Below, piece after piece: positions 21,995 through 34,950 of a stretch of DNA of 64,000 bases (position 1 is its first letter; each line of letters starts with the position of its first letter). A model generated the notes under the pieces. It did not search any database. It was not told the DNA's origin and saw only the letters and a list, made by a program, of their open reading frames with translations. Source of the stretch: an uncultured Candidatus Rokubacteria bacterium (lineage in GTDB: Bacteria > Methylomirabilota > Methylomirabilia > Rokubacteriales > DASRDR01); contig CAVPSB010000044.1 of assembly GCA_963708025.1 (NCBI GenBank), positions 64,001 to 128,000 on the forward strand, read 5' to 3'. The translations under genes and the position numbers were made by a program.

Positions 21995-23251
21995 TCAGAA
22001 CGAGAAGAGGTGGCCGAGCTTGTCCTGCTTCGTCTTCAGGTAGAAGCGGTTCTGCTCGGACGGGAGGATCTCGATCGGCACCCGCTCGGCCACCGTGAGG
22101 CCGTAGCCCTCGAGGCCCACGATCTTCTTGGGGTTGTTCGTCAAGAGCCGCATGGTGCGGATCCCGAGGTCCACCAGGATCTGGGCCCCGATTCCGTAGT
22201 CGCGGAGGTCCGCCTTGAAGCCGAGGGCCTCGTTGGCCTCGACCGTGTCCTTGCCCGCATCCTGCAGCTCGTAGGCCTTGACCTTGTTCAGGAGCCCGAT
22301 GCCACGGCCCTCCTGCCGCATGTAGACGAGGGCGCCGCGCCCGGCACTGGCGATGATGGCCAGTGCCTTACGGAGCTGATCCCCGCAATCACAGCGGAGC
22401 GACTGGAAGACGTCGCCGGTCAGGCACTCGGAGTGGACGCGGACGAGCACCGGATCGTCCCCCCGGATCTCGCCCATGACCAGGGCCGGCACCACGCGGT
22501 CGTCCACCGTCGTCTCGTAGGCGATCGCGGTGAACGTGCCGTACGGCGTCGGCAGGACCGTGGTGGCCGCGCGGTGAATCAGCTTGTCCTTCTGGATCCG
22601 GTACCGGATCAGGTCCCTGATCGTGATCATCCGGAGCCCGTGCGCCTCGGCCAGGGCCAGCAGCTGGGGCATCCGGGCCATCCGGCCTTCTTCGTCCATC
22701 ACCTCGCAGATGACGCCGGCCGGCAGGCATCCGGCCAGCCGCGCGAGGTCCACGGCGGCCTCGGTGTGCCCGGCGCGGCGCAGCACGCCGCCCGGCATCG
22801 AGCGGAGCGGGAAGATGTGGCCGGGCCGGGCCAGGTCCTCGGCCCGGGTCGCGGGGTCGAGCAGGGCGCGGATCGTCAGCGCGCGATCGTACGCGGAGGT
22901 GCCGGTGGTGACGCCCCGCTTGGCGTCCACGCTGACTGTGAACGCCGTGCCCATGCTCGCGGTGTTCTCGCTCACCATCATGGCGATCCGCAGCTCGTCC
23001 AGCCGCTCGCCGGTCAGGGGGACGCAGATGAGGCCCCGGCCGTGCTTCGCCATGAAGTTGACCGCCTCCGGCGTCGCGCGGTCGGCGGCCATGAGGAGGT
23101 CGCCCTCGTTCTCGCGATCCTCGTCGTCGACCACGACGAGCATCCGCCCCTGCCGGATCTCCTGGATGGCCTCCTCGATGGCTACGAAGGGCGCCGGCCG
23201 CGGGTCGCGGTCGTCGTCCGCTCGCTCGCGCGGATCAGTTGACGGTGTCAT
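21995..23251 (-). CDS. ribBA: DHBP synthase / GTP cyclohydrolase II
   Basis: [28 protein letters not shown] and QEGRGIG motifs. Confidence 0.96.
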   Translation of the reverse strand: MTPSTDPRERADDDRDPRPAPFVAIEEAIQEIRQGRMLVVVDDEDRENEGDLLMAADRATPEAVNFMAKHGRGLICVPLTGERLDELRIAMMVSENTASMGTAFTVSVDAKRGVTTGTSAYDRALTIRALLDPATRAEDLARPGHIFPLRSMPGGVLRRAGHTEAAVDLARLAGCLPAGVICEVMDEEGRMARMPQLLALAEAHGLRMITIRDLIRYRIQKDKLIHRAATTVLPTPYGTFTAIAYETTVDDRVVPALVMGEIRGDDPVLVRVHSECLTGDVFQSLRCDCGDQLRKALAIIASAGRGALVYMRQEGRGIGLLNKVKAYELQDAGKDTVEANEALGFKADLRDYGIGAQILVDLGIRTMRLLTNNPKKIVGLEGYGLTVAERVPIEILPSEQNRFYLKTKQDKLGHLFSF

Positions 23252-23970
23252 CCGGAGGCCTCCCCTGTCGGCGCCAGCAAGCCGTGGCGCTCGAGGAACT
23301 CGCGGGCTTCTCCAGCTTTCGTCTTTCGTCCGCGCCCGGCTCCCTTGGCGCCGGTTCTAGGGCGAGCTGCCCGGCGCGGACTGGCTGGCAAGAGCGCCCG
23401 CACGTACTTGCCGATCACGTCCATCTCCAGGTTGACGCGGGCGCCGACGCCGCGGCGACCGAGCGTCGTCGCCGCCAGCGTGTGGGGGATGAGGGCCACG
23501 CTGAACGTGGCCTCCCCCAGCGCGGCGATGGTCAGGCTCACCCCGTCCACCGCGACCGAGCCCTTCGGGATCAGGAGCGGCCGCAGCCCGCCCGGTATCG
23601 CGATCGTCAGCCGGCGGCCCGCCCCTTCGGCGTCGGCCGCCGCCACCCGGCCCACGCCGTCCACGTGGCCGAGCACCAGGTGGCCTCCGAGGCGCGCCCC
23701 GAGGCGAAGCGGCCGCTCCAGGTTGACCGCGTCGCCCGTCACGAGGTCGCCGAGCGTCGTCACCCGAAGCGTCTCGTCCGCCAGATCGAACATTAGGCGC
23801 TCGGACTCGACCGTCACCGCCGTCAGGCACACGCCGCTGACCGCGATGCTGTCGCCCCGGGCGGTTTCCCCGCTCCACCCACGGGGCACCCGCACGGTGA
23901 GGCGGTGCCCCGCCCCGCCGGAGCTCACGCTCTCCGCTTCGCCGAGCGCCTCGACCAGCCCCGTGAACAT
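23248..23970 (-). CDS. ribE: Riboflavin synthase
   Basis: [22 protein letters not shown] and [12 protein letters not shown] motifs. Confidence 0.95.
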   Translation of the reverse strand: MFTGLVEALGEAESVSSGGAGHRLTVRVPRGWSGETARGDSIAVSGVCLTAVTVESERLMFDLADETLRVTTLGDLVTGDAVNLERPLRLGARLGGHLVLGHVDGVGRVAAADAEGAGRRLTIAIPGGLRPLLIPKGSVAVDGVSLTIAALGEATFSVALIPHTLAATTLGRRGVGARVNLEMDVIGKYVRALLPASPRRAARPRTGAKGAGRGRKTKAGEAREFLERHGLLAPTGEASG

Positions 23971-25121
23971 CAGCGCGCCACGTCCCCTTCGATCAGGAGG
24001 TCTTCGCCGATGGAGCGATAGGTTACCCCCGTCACATTCACAGCCTCCTTGAGAGCTCGCCCGACCCCGCCGAGCGGCCCGGGCGCCGTGCGCCCCCCGA
24101 GGAGACGGGGCGCTACGAAGAAGGCTACCCGGTTGACCAGCCCGGCGTCCAGTAGGCCGGCGCCGAGCTCAGCCCCGCCCTCGGCCAGCACCGCCACCAC
24201 GTCGAGCTCCGCCAGCTTCGCCAGGAGGGCCGGGAGGCTGACCCGGCGGCTCTCCCGCTCGCGGGGCAGCTCGAGCACCTGAACCCCCAGGCTCCGCAGG
24301 GCATCCGCCCGCCGCCGGGGGATCGGCGCCGCCCCGGCGACGATCGTCCGCGCCGGGGTCCCGGCCCGGAGGATCTGGGCGGCGGGCGGCGTCCTCAGTC
24401 GGCTGTCGGCCACGACCCGGAGCGGCTCCTTGGGCGGCACCTCGGGCAGCCGCACGGTGAGCGCGGGGTCGTCGCGGAGGACGGTGCCGATCCCCACCAG
24501 GACGGCGTCCGCGAGGAAGCGGAGCCGATGGCCCTCCCGGCGGGCGGCCTCACCGGTGATCCAGCGGGAGGTGCCGTCCCAGGCGGCGATCTTTCCGTCG
24601 AGCGTCATCGCCGCCTTCAGGGTAACGTGGGGCCGGCCGGTCGTGACGCGCGTGAAGAACGCGCGGTTGACGGCCCGCGCCTCGGCTTCGCCGACGCCGA
24701 CCGTGACGGCGATGCCCGCTTCCGCGAGGGCCGCGAGGCCCCGCCCGTTCACCCGTGGGTTCGGATCCTGGCAGGCGGCGACGACGCGCGCGACGCCCGC
24801 CGCGATGAGCGCCTCCACGCACGGCGGGGTGCGTCCGTGGTGGGCACAGGGCTCGAGGGTGACGTAGCACGTCGCGCCCCGCGCGGCGTCCCCGGCCTGG
24901 GCCAGGGCGGCCACCTCGGCGTGCGGTCCACCAGCGCGCAGGTGGGCGCCTTCGGCGACGAGGCCGCCGGCCCGGACGAGGACGGCACCGACCGCGGGGT
25001 TCGGAGAGGTGAGGCCCAGCCCCCGGGCCGCGAGCGACAGGGCTCGTGCCATCCAGACGTGGTCGCCCCCGTCAGGCTCCGAGGAGGGGGCTCCGGCCTG
25101 GCCCGGTATGCTTACCGGCAT
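23970..25121 (-). CDS. ribD: Riboflavin deaminase/reductase RibD
   Basis: PNPAVG, HAE, TLEPCAH, TPPC, LDGKIA and EGG motifs; start approximate. Confidence 0.95.
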   Translation of the reverse strand: MPVSIPGQAGAPSSEPDGGDHVWMARALSLAARGLGLTSPNPAVGAVLVRAGGLVAEGAHLRAGGPHAEVAALAQAGDAARGATCYVTLEPCAHHGRTPPCVEALIAAGVARVVAACQDPNPRVNGRGLAALAEAGIAVTVGVGEAEARAVNRAFFTRVTTGRPHVTLKAAMTLDGKIAAWDGTSRWITGEAARREGHRLRFLADAVLVGIGTVLRDDPALTVRLPEVPPKEPLRVVADSRLRTPPAAQILRAGTPARTIVAGAAPIPRRRADALRSLGVQVLELPRERESRRVSLPALLAKLAELDVVAVLAEGGAELGAGLLDAGLVNRVAFFVAPRLLGGRTAPGPLGGVGRALKEAVNVTGVTYRSIGEDLLIEGDVAR

Positions 25122-25144
25122 GGGGAGACCTGCATCCGCGACGC

Positions 25145-26059
25145 TCAGCCGACGAGGGCGGTAACGAAGGCGTCGGGGTCGAAGGGGGCGAGATCCTCGG
25201 GTCGCTCGCCGGTGCCGATCAGCTTGATCGGCAACCCCAGCTCGCGGACGATGCGGACGACGATCCCGCCCTTGGCGGTCCCGTCGAGCTTCGTCAGCAC
25301 GAGACCGCTGAGGGTGAGTGCCTCGTGGAAGAGGCGGGCCTGGGCGATCCCGTTCTGCCCGGTGGTCGCGTCGAGCACGAGCAGCGTCTCGTGCGGCGCC
25401 CCCGGAAGCTGCCGGCCCACGACGCGCTTCACCTTCTCCAGCTCGGTCATGAGGTTCGTCTTGGTGTGAAGCCGTCCCGCGGTGTCGATGATCAGGACGT
25501 CGACGCGCCGCGCCTGCGCGGCCTTCACCGCGTCGAACGCCACCGCGGACGGGTCCGCGCCCGGCCCCTGCTTGACGACGGGCACGCCCACCCGCTCGCC
25601 CCACCGCTCGAGCTGCTCGATGGCCGCGGCGCGGAACGTGTCGCCGGCCGCCAGCAAGACTTGGTGCCCCGAGGCCTTGAGCTGCCCGGCGAGCTTCCCG
25701 CACGTCGTCGTCTTGCCGGAGCCGTTCACCCCGAGGACGAGCAGGACCGCCGGTCGCGCGTCGAGGGCGAGCGGCGCGCCCCCGCCCTTGAGCGCGGTCC
25801 GCAGGTGGGCGGCCAGGGCTTCCCTGACGTCACCGCCGGTCAGGCGGCCTCGCCGCGCCTGGTCACGCACCGCCTCGATGAACGCCTCGGTCGTCTCGAC
25901 ACCGAGATCCGCCTGGATCAGGATCTCCTCGAGATCCTCGATCGTCGCCGGCTGGAGCTCCTCGCCCTTGAAGACGCGGTCCAGTCCCTCCTGGACGGCA
26001 TCCCGAGTCTTGGCCAGCGTCTGGCGGAAGCGCTCGGTGAGTCCGGAGAAGAGCTTCAC
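25145..26059 (-). CDS. ftsY: SRP receptor FtsY
   Basis: GVNGSGKTT, DTFRAAA, DTAGR and TKLDGTAKGG motifs. GTG at 26059 overlaps the rodZ stop. Confidence 0.96.
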   Translation of the reverse strand: MKLFSGLTERFRQTLAKTRDAVQEGLDRVFKGEELQPATIEDLEEILIQADLGVETTEAFIEAVRDQARRGRLTGGDVREALAAHLRTALKGGGAPLALDARPAVLLVLGVNGSGKTTTCGKLAGQLKASGHQVLLAAGDTFRAAAIEQLERWGERVGVPVVKQGPGADPSAVAFDAVKAAQARRVDVLIIDTAGRLHTKTNLMTELEKVKRVVGRQLPGAPHETLLVLDATTGQNGIAQARLFHEALTLSGLVLTKLDGTAKGGIVVRIVRELGLPIKLIGTGERPEDLAPFDPDAFVTALVG

Positions 26060-26832
26060 GGACCGGGCTCGCGGGGGAGCATCAGGTCCCAGACGACCTG
26101 GCCCCGGGCCCCGAGCGGGGGGAGCGCCACGCCGTCCAGCTCCAGGCTCAGCCCCCCCGCGTTCCCCACCGTGACCGTGAAGCGCCCGGGGCTGCGCCAC
26201 TCGCGCACGGTCCCGGGCTCCAGCATTTCCTGCTGCACCGCCCCATCCGCCGGGCGAACCCAGACCCAGGTCGACTCGTGAGCCCGCGCGACTAGAGTGT
26301 GGGCGGCGGCTTCCTGCGCCGGATCGAGCCGCGTCCCCGGCCGATCCGCGGCCGGCGCCGTGGGCGGGTCGCCGGGCCGGGCGGGCACCCCGCCCTCGCT
26401 GGCCGGGCGGGGAGGCTCCGCGGGACCGGTCGCCGCGGACGAGGCCAGGAGGTAAACGGCGCCGCCGACGACGATCAGGATTCCGGCCACGAGGAGGTGC
26501 GGCGCGAGCGACCGCCAGGTGAGCCACGACCCAGACCCCGGCGCCGCTTTGAGGACGCTGGCCGGCAGCTTCGCCGCCGGCCGCTCGTTGACCCGCACCC
26601 AGGCATTGAAGAGCGCGAGGGCCCGGTCCGGCGGCTCGGCCACGGCGGCACAGAAGGATCGAATGAAGCCGCGGACGAACACAGGAGCCGGCAGGTCCCG
26701 CAAGCGGCCTTCCTCGAGGGCTACGACGAAACGCGGGGGGACCCGGGTGGCGCGCGAGAGATCGTCGAGCGACGATCTCTTAGCCTCTCGGCATTCGCGA
26801 AGTAGCGCGCCGAGTTCCGCGCCGTCCGGCAT
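26056..26832 (-). CDS. rodZ: RodZ-like HTH / TM / DUF4115 protein
   Basis: N-terminal HTH (ALEEG...FVRGFIR), a TM segment and a C-terminal GNAGG domain. Confidence 0.8.
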   Translation of the reverse strand: MPDGAELGALLRECREAKRSSLDDLSRATRVPPRFVVALEEGRLRDLPAPVFVRGFIRSFCAAVAEPPDRALALFNAWVRVNERPAAKLPASVLKAAPGSGSWLTWRSLAPHLLVAGILIVVGGAVYLLASSAATGPAEPPRPASEGGVPARPGDPPTAPAADRPGTRLDPAQEAAAHTLVARAHESTWVWVRPADGAVQQEMLEPGTVREWRSPGRFTVTVGNAGGLSLELDGVALPPLGARGQVVWDLMLPREPGP

Positions 26833-27021
26833 GATGGATCGTAGTCTAGCACAGGGGTCCGCTGCAGCCACAAAACCAGGGCCGCTCGCCCCCGGCGGCA
26901 GCCCGTCCCCCCCCGCGGGGGACCTGGCCCTCTGGGCGGTAGCTGTCGGACCCTTCCGTCTCCTCCCCCCTGCTCACCAAGTCCGTCGGGGGCGGTCCGG
27001 AAGACCCCCGCAAAAGTGCTC

Positions 27022-27147
27022 GCGGCGGGGCCGAGGAGCGAGCAGCGCTAGGACGCAGGGAGTCGCCCACCGCAGGCGTATGCCGCATACGCCGAGGATG
27101 GGCGACGACCGAGGACGACGCGATGCGAAGCTCATCGGCCCCGCCGC
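27022..27147. repeat. Family A palindromic element, copy 2
   Basis: 13-bp terminal IR abutting the smc stop codon. Confidence 0.92.
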
Positions 27148-30100
27148 CTACGCGAGGCTGACGGAGACCAGGCGGGACAGCCCCGGCTCCTCCATCGTCA
27201 CCCCGTACAGCACGTCCGCTGCTTCCATGGTCTTGCGGTTGTGAGTGATCACCAGGAACTGGGTCTGGCCGGACAGCTCGCGCAGGACCCGGGTGAAGCG
27301 GTGGATGTTCGCGTCGTCGAGCGGGGCGTCCACCTCGTCGAGGAGGCAGAACGGGCTCGGCCGGTAGTAGAAGATGGCGAACAGGAGGGCGAGCCCCGTC
27401 AGGGCCTTCTCCCCGCCCGAGAGCAGCGAGATCGACTGGAGCCGCTTTCCGCGCGGCTGGGCCACCATGTCGATGCCGGTCTCCAGCGGGTCCCCGTCCT
27501 CGGGGGCCTCGACCATGCGCAGCTCGGCCCGGCCGCCCTCGAAGAGCCGGCCGAAGAGCTCCTGGAAGTTCCGGTTGATCGCCTCGAACGCCGCGGCGAA
27601 CCGCTCCTGGGCCGTCCGGGTCATCCCGCGCAGTGCGCGATCGAGATCCTTCATCGAGGCGGTCAGGTCGTCGTGCTGCGCCCGCAGGAACGTCAGGCGC
27701 TCGTCCAGCTCGCGGTACTCGTCGTCGGCGATCAGGTTGACCGGCTCCAGGCCCGTGATCTTCGCCGTCAGCTCATCGATCCGAGCCCGGGTCGCCGCGA
27801 CGTCGCGCTCGGGCTCGTGGGCCGCCCGGAGCCCGTCGGGCGTGACCTCGAACTGGCGGCGAGCGTCCGCCTCCACGTCCTGCCGCCGCACCCGAACCTC
27901 GGCCGCCCGCACCGTGAGCTCACGCAGGCTCTGCGTCACCCGCGACAGCTCGGTCTCGGTCGCGCGGGCCTCCTCCCCCAGCGCGCGCAGCCGCTCGGTG
28001 AGGGTCTGGAGCTCGTCGGCCGCCAGCTGGGCGGCGGCCTGGGCCTCGTCCCGGACCCGGACCAGCTCGGCCGCACGCGCCTCGAGCCGCACGTGCTCGG
28101 CCGCGCTCTCCCGAGCGCGCTCGCCAAGCCCACGGGCGCGGGACTCGCCCGTCGCGATCCGGGCCCGCGTGTCGGCCTCGTCGGCGCCCAGGCGCTCCAG
28201 CTCCGATTCCGCGGCGTCGATGCGGCCGGCCAGGCCGGCGAGATCCACCTGCGCCTGCAGGAAGGCCTGCGCCCGCTCGGTCTCGGCGGCGGCGTCGGTC
28301 TCGATCGCGGTCAGCAGGCGGGCGACTTCGGCCTCCGACGCGCGGGCGGCGGCCTCGATCCCCGCCAGCTCCTCTCGCTGGTCGCGGAGCTGACCCTCGA
28401 CCTCCGCCACCTCGGCGGTGAGCTGGGAGGCCTCGATGCCGAGCGTCCGGGCGAACAGCTCCCCCCGCTCGGCGTCCTGGCCGACGCGTTCCAGATCCTT
28501 GGCGGCGCCCAGCCGATCGACATCCGCCGTCTCGCGTTCGCCGGCGACCCGCTTCTGCTCGACGCCGAGCGCGGCGAGCGCCGCCTCGGCGGCCTGGAGC
28601 CGCTCGAGGGCCGCCGCCAGCCGAGCCTCGAGCCCGGTCACCATCGCACGCAGATCTCGGATCGCCCGCTTGCGGGCGAGCAGCGAGGCGTCCCCAGCTC
28701 CGGTGGCCCGGCCGCCACCGACGGCCCCGGGCGGGCTGACCAACTCGCCCTCCACGGTCACGTAGCTCGTGCCGTTGCCGTTCTGACTCCAGAGGCGCTC
28801 GGCGGCGCCGAGGTCCCGGACCACCACCACGGCGCCGAGGAGGTTCTGGAGAAGCGCGGGATACGGCGAGCCGATGAGACCCGGGGCCACGCCCACCACG
28901 CCGTCGTCCTCGGGAACGTGAACCTTGGGCCCGCCGTTCAGCCAGTCGAGCGGCAGGAACGTCGCTTGCCCGCCCCCGTCGGCGCCGCCGTCCCTCAGCA
29001 TCGCGAGCGCCTGCTTGGCGGTGGCGACGGTGTCCACCACGACCCACTGGAGGCGGTCGCCGAGCGCCGCCTCGGCTGCCCGCTCGAGGTCGCGCGGGAC
29101 ATCGAGGAGATCCGCGACGGTGCCGACGATGCCGGCCAGCCGGGCCTCACCGGCGGCGGCGAACACCGTCTGCACGCCGCGACCGTACCCCGCGCGCTGG
29201 GCCTCGAGCTCCTCGAGCGCGGCCAGGCTCGACCGCCGCGAAGCCAGGGTGACGCGACACTCCTCGGCGGCCCCCGCCGCCTTGGCGCGCTCCGCCCCGG
29301 CCGTCTCGCTGCGCGCGGCGAGGTCGTCGAGGGCAGCGTGCAGCTCCGCCGCCCGGGCAGCGGCCACCGCGAGCCGGGTCTCGGCGGCCACCCGCGCCGC
29401 TGCCAGCCGCTCCCGCTCCGCCTCCGCCCCCTGTTGCTCGGTCGCGAGGCGCGCGAGCCGCCGGCCCAGCTCCTCGCGGCGCTCCTCGCGGCCGCCGAGG
29501 GCCTGGCCCAGCTCGGTCCGCCGCCCGGCCAGCCCGACCTGGTCGCGCCGGAGGCGCTCGGCCTCCTCGCGGGCCTGGCGGAGTCGCCCCCGGATCGCCT
29601 CGATCGCCGTTTCCTCGGCCGCCGCCCCGGCCTGCACGGCGCCGAACTCCTCGCGCAGCGCGGCGGCGAGCGTTCGCTTCGCGTCCCGCTCCCCGCCGAG
29701 CGCCGTCAGGCGCCCGGCGAGCGCAGCGGCCTCGGCGGCCAGCTGTGCCAGCTCCGCGGTCACCTCCTGCTGGGCCTGGCGGAGCTGCACGGCCCGGGTC
29801 AGCGCCGTTTCCAGCTCCAGCTCGGCGCGCTCCCGGGCGTGGCGGAGGTCGCTCGCCCGGTGCTCGGCGGCCATCGCCTCGGCTCTCACGACCTCCTGCT
29901 CGGCGCCCACGGTCGCCGCCCGGGTCTCCAGCTGCGCCGCGCGATCGGTGGCTGCGGCCTCGCGCTCGGCGAGGCTGGCTTCCTCGGCGACGAGCGCCGC
30001 GTACTCCACAGCCAGGAGCGCCAGCTCGAGAGCGCGCCGCTCGGCCTGGAGCGCCTTGTACTGCTTGGCCTTTCGGGCCTGGCGCTCCAGCGAGGCGAGC

Positions 30101-30699
30101 TGTCGCTTGACCTCGTCCATCACGTCCCGCACCCGGAGGAGGTTCTGACGCGTGGCCTCGAGCTTGGCGACCGTCTCGGCTCGCTGCTGCTTGTAGCGGG
30201 TGATCCCGGCCGCTTCCTCGATGAAGATCCGGCGGTCGAGTGGGCGCGCCGTCAGGATGTGGGCGAGCCGCTCCTGTTCCATGAGCGCGTAGGCCCTGGG
30301 GTTGACGCCGGTCCCCATGAACAGGTCGTGGACGTCCTTGAGGCGACACACCGTCTTGTTGAGCAGGTACTCCGACTCGCCGTCCCGGTAGAGGCGCCGG
30401 CCGACGGCGACCTCGCTCCACGGCACCGCCACGTCGCCGTCATTGGAGAAGGTCAGGAGCGCCTCGGCGAACCCGAGCGGGCGCCGGGAGGTCGAGCCGT
30501 GGAAGATGACGTCTTCCATCCGGTGGCCGCGCAGGGTCTTCGGGCTCTGCTCGCCGAGGGCCCACCGGAGGGCGTCCGCGATGTTGGTCTTCCCGCAGCC
30601 GTTGGGGCCGACGATGGCGGTGATACCGGGAAGGATCTTCACATCCGTCCGGTCGGCGAACGACTTGAAGCCGAACAACGTCACCGACGTGAGCCGCAT
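27148..30699 (-). CDS. smc: Chromosome segregation protein SMC
   Basis: FKSF, GPNGCGK, hinge, LSGGE and LDEVDAPLD motifs. Confidence 0.97.
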   Translation of the reverse strand: MRLTSVTLFGFKSFADRTDVKILPGITAIVGPNGCGKTNIADALRWALGEQSPKTLRGHRMEDVIFHGSTSRRPLGFAEALLTFSNDGDVAVPWSEVAVGRRLYRDGESEYLLNKTVCRLKDVHDLFMGTGVNPRAYALMEQERLAHILTARPLDRRIFIEEAAGITRYKQQRAETVAKLEATRQNLLRVRDVMDEVKRQLASLERQARKAKQYKALQAERRALELALLAVEYAALVAEEASLAEREAAATDRAAQLETRAATVGAEQEVVRAEAMAAEHRASDLRHARERAELELETALTRAVQLRQAQQEVTAELAQLAAEAAALAGRLTALGGERDAKRTLAAALREEFGAVQAGAAAEETAIEAIRGRLRQAREEAERLRRDQVGLAGRRTELGQALGGREERREELGRRLARLATEQQGAEAERERLAAARVAAETRLAVAAARAAELHAALDDLAARSETAGAERAKAAGAAEECRVTLASRRSSLAALEELEAQRAGYGRGVQTVFAAAGEARLAGIVGTVADLLDVPRDLERAAEAALGDRLQWVVVDTVATAKQALAMLRDGGADGGGQATFLPLDWLNGGPKVHVPEDDGVVGVAPGLIGSPYPALLQNLLGAVVVVRDLGAAERLWSQNGNGTSYVTVEGELVSPPGAVGGGRATGAGDASLLARKRAIRDLRAMVTGLEARLAAALERLQAAEAALAALGVEQKRVAGERETADVDRLGAAKDLERVGQDAERGELFARTLGIEASQLTAEVAEVEGQLRDQREELAGIEAAARASEAEVARLLTAIETDAAAETERAQAFLQAQVDLAGLAGRIDAAESELERLGADEADTRARIATGESRARGLGERARESAAEHVRLEARAAELVRVRDEAQAAAQLAADELQTLTERLRALGEEARATETELSRVTQSLRELTVRAAEVRVRRQDVEADARRQFEVTPDGLRAAHEPERDVAATRARIDELTAKITGLEPVNLIADDEYRELDERLTFLRAQHDDLTASMKDLDRALRGMTRTAQERFAAAFEAINRNFQELFGRLFEGGRAELRMVEAPEDGDPLETGIDMVAQPRGKRLQSISLLSGGEKALTGLALLFAIFYYRPSPFCLLDEVDAPLDDANIHRFTRVLRELSGQTQFLVITHNRKTMEAADVLYGVTMEEPGLSRLVSVSLA

Positions 30700-30836
30700 G
30701 ACCCTGAAGTCTTAGTAGCACAGGGCCCGGGGTTCGCCAAGAAAAAAATACCATGCGTGGTCCCGGGACGGTCTCCCGGGCCCCAGATGTAGATGTTGCG
30801 TCCGGCGCCGGCCCAGGTCCCTCGCGGACCCCCAAC

Positions 30837-31631
30837 CTACCAGTCCGCGAGGCCAGCGAGCACAGCGACGGCGTTGACCACCGCATGGCCCACCATCGCC
30901 GGGGCCAGCGAGCCGCTCCACTCCACGACGATGGCGAGGACGATCCCGACCGGCAGGATGGGGAGCCAGGCGCCGGGGTCGAGGCCGTGGACCAGCGCGA
31001 AGATCAGTGCGCTGCCGCCGATGGCGACCCCGACACCGAGTCGCGCCCGGAGCAGGCGGTAGGCGAAACCCCTGAAGAAGATCTCCTCGCCGATGGCGAC
31101 CGGGAGGGTCACCGCGACCAGGACGAGCAGCACCTCCCGGACGCCGTCGGCCCGGGCCAGGACCGATTCGACCGGATGGGGCGGAACCGGTGCCCCCGCC
31201 TGCTCGATGGCGGCGCTCACGAGCCACGCGAGGACGGCGGCGGCCAGACCGGCCCCGGCGCCGATCGGGTACCAGCGCGGAGGGACGGGGCGGATGCCGA
31301 GGCCCGCCCATGAGCCGGGAAACCGGAGGCGGCCGAACAGCAGGGCGACGCCGATCAGGATGCCGTCGTCCAGCGTCTGAAGCCGGAGGAAGGCCCACGG
31401 ATCGCTCTCGGCCCGGTCGAGGATCTCGACGTCGGTCAGGTAGACGAGCCAGAGCATCCCGGCGTAGAGGGCGCCGGCGGCCGCGAGATACCAGAGGCTC
31501 GGCTCGAGGCCGTCGAAGGACGGCGCCGCCAGCGGCGCGCGTGCGGGCTCGGGAACGGGCTTGGTTAGCCCGGGAGGCTCCGGCGCGTCACCCGGCGGCA
31601 GCGCGTCGGTCTCGTCGTCGGGCACGGGCAT
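30837..31631 (-). CDS. CPBP (CAAX/Abi-family) intramembrane metalloprotease
   Basis: EEIFFRG, FALVH and HAVVN motifs; multiple TM segments. Confidence 0.88.
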   Translation of the reverse strand: MPVPDDETDALPPGDAPEPPGLTKPVPEPARAPLAAPSFDGLEPSLWYLAAAGALYAGMLWLVYLTDVEILDRAESDPWAFLRLQTLDDGILIGVALLFGRLRFPGSWAGLGIRPVPPRWYPIGAGAGLAAAVLAWLVSAAIEQAGAPVPPHPVESVLARADGVREVLLVLVAVTLPVAIGEEIFFRGFAYRLLRARLGVGVAIGGSALIFALVHGLDPGAWLPILPVGIVLAIVVEWSGSLAPAMVGHAVVNAVAVLAGLADW

Positions 31632-31644
31632 TCGCCCGGGCTAC

Positions 31645-34422
<2,778 letters not shown>

Positions 34423-34500
34423 CGCGTCCACATTCTAACATCCCGTCCGGCTGGCCGGGTCCAACCGCGCGAAGCTGGCCGGTCCTCGCCGGGAAACGAC

Positions 34501-34528
34501 GACCCCCGGTGGCGTCGCACCGGGGGTC
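34501..34528 (-). terminator. GC hairpin downstream of csp (possible terminator)
   Basis: GACCCCCGGTG...CACCGGGGGTC inverted repeat about 27 nt after the stop; no clear U-tract. Confidence 0.45.
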
Positions 34529-34554
34529 TATGTCGTGGAGGGGAGAACGCGAGC

Positions 34555-34758
34555 CTAGAGCTTCATGACGCGCGTGGCCTGCAGCCCCTTCGGACCCTGG
34601 GTCACCTCGAACTCGACCTTCTGGCCCTCGGAGAGGGTCTTGAAGCCCTCGCCCTGGATCGCCGAGTAGTGAACGAAGACGTCCTCCCCGTCCTCCTGTT
34701 CGATGAACCCGTAGCCCTTGGCGTCGCTGAACCACTTGACCTTGCCCGTCTTGCCCAT
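34555..34758 (-). CDS. cspA: Cold-shock protein
   Basis: [15 protein letters not shown] and DVFVHYSAI motifs; SD before ATG 34758. Confidence 0.95.
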   Translation of the reverse strand: MGKTGKVKWFSDAKGYGFIEQEDGEDVFVHYSAIQGEGFKTLSEGQKVEFEVTQGPKGLQATRVMKL

Positions 34759-34825
34759 CGTCTGCCTTCCCTCCCCTGTGTTGCTGGTGAACACCCGGGC
34801 GACAAACCCGGGCTAAAACGGCGCG

Positions 34826-34855
34826 ATTATAAGGAACGCCGTTTTCGAGTGTCAA
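34826..34855 (-). promoter_or_regulatory. Consensus sigma-70 promoter of csp
   Basis: TTGACA-N18-TATAAT on the minus strand. Confidence 0.85.
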
Positions 34856-34950
34856 GAAAAATACGTGGCGAGCAGATGCGAAGAAGGTCGAAGAATCAGG
34901 GGGTTTCCCGGCCCGGATGGGGCCGAGACGGCTGGGCGGCGCCGGGCGGC

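Noticed and set aside
21950-25145. FMN riboswitch for the rib genes
   Set aside because: ribD follows ftsY with only about 23 nt between them, and no RFN consensus was seen.
26846-27088. Recurrent peptides such as MRHTPAVGD and GPMSFASRR in several ORFs
   Set aside because: These are translations of the family A repeat, not a protein family.
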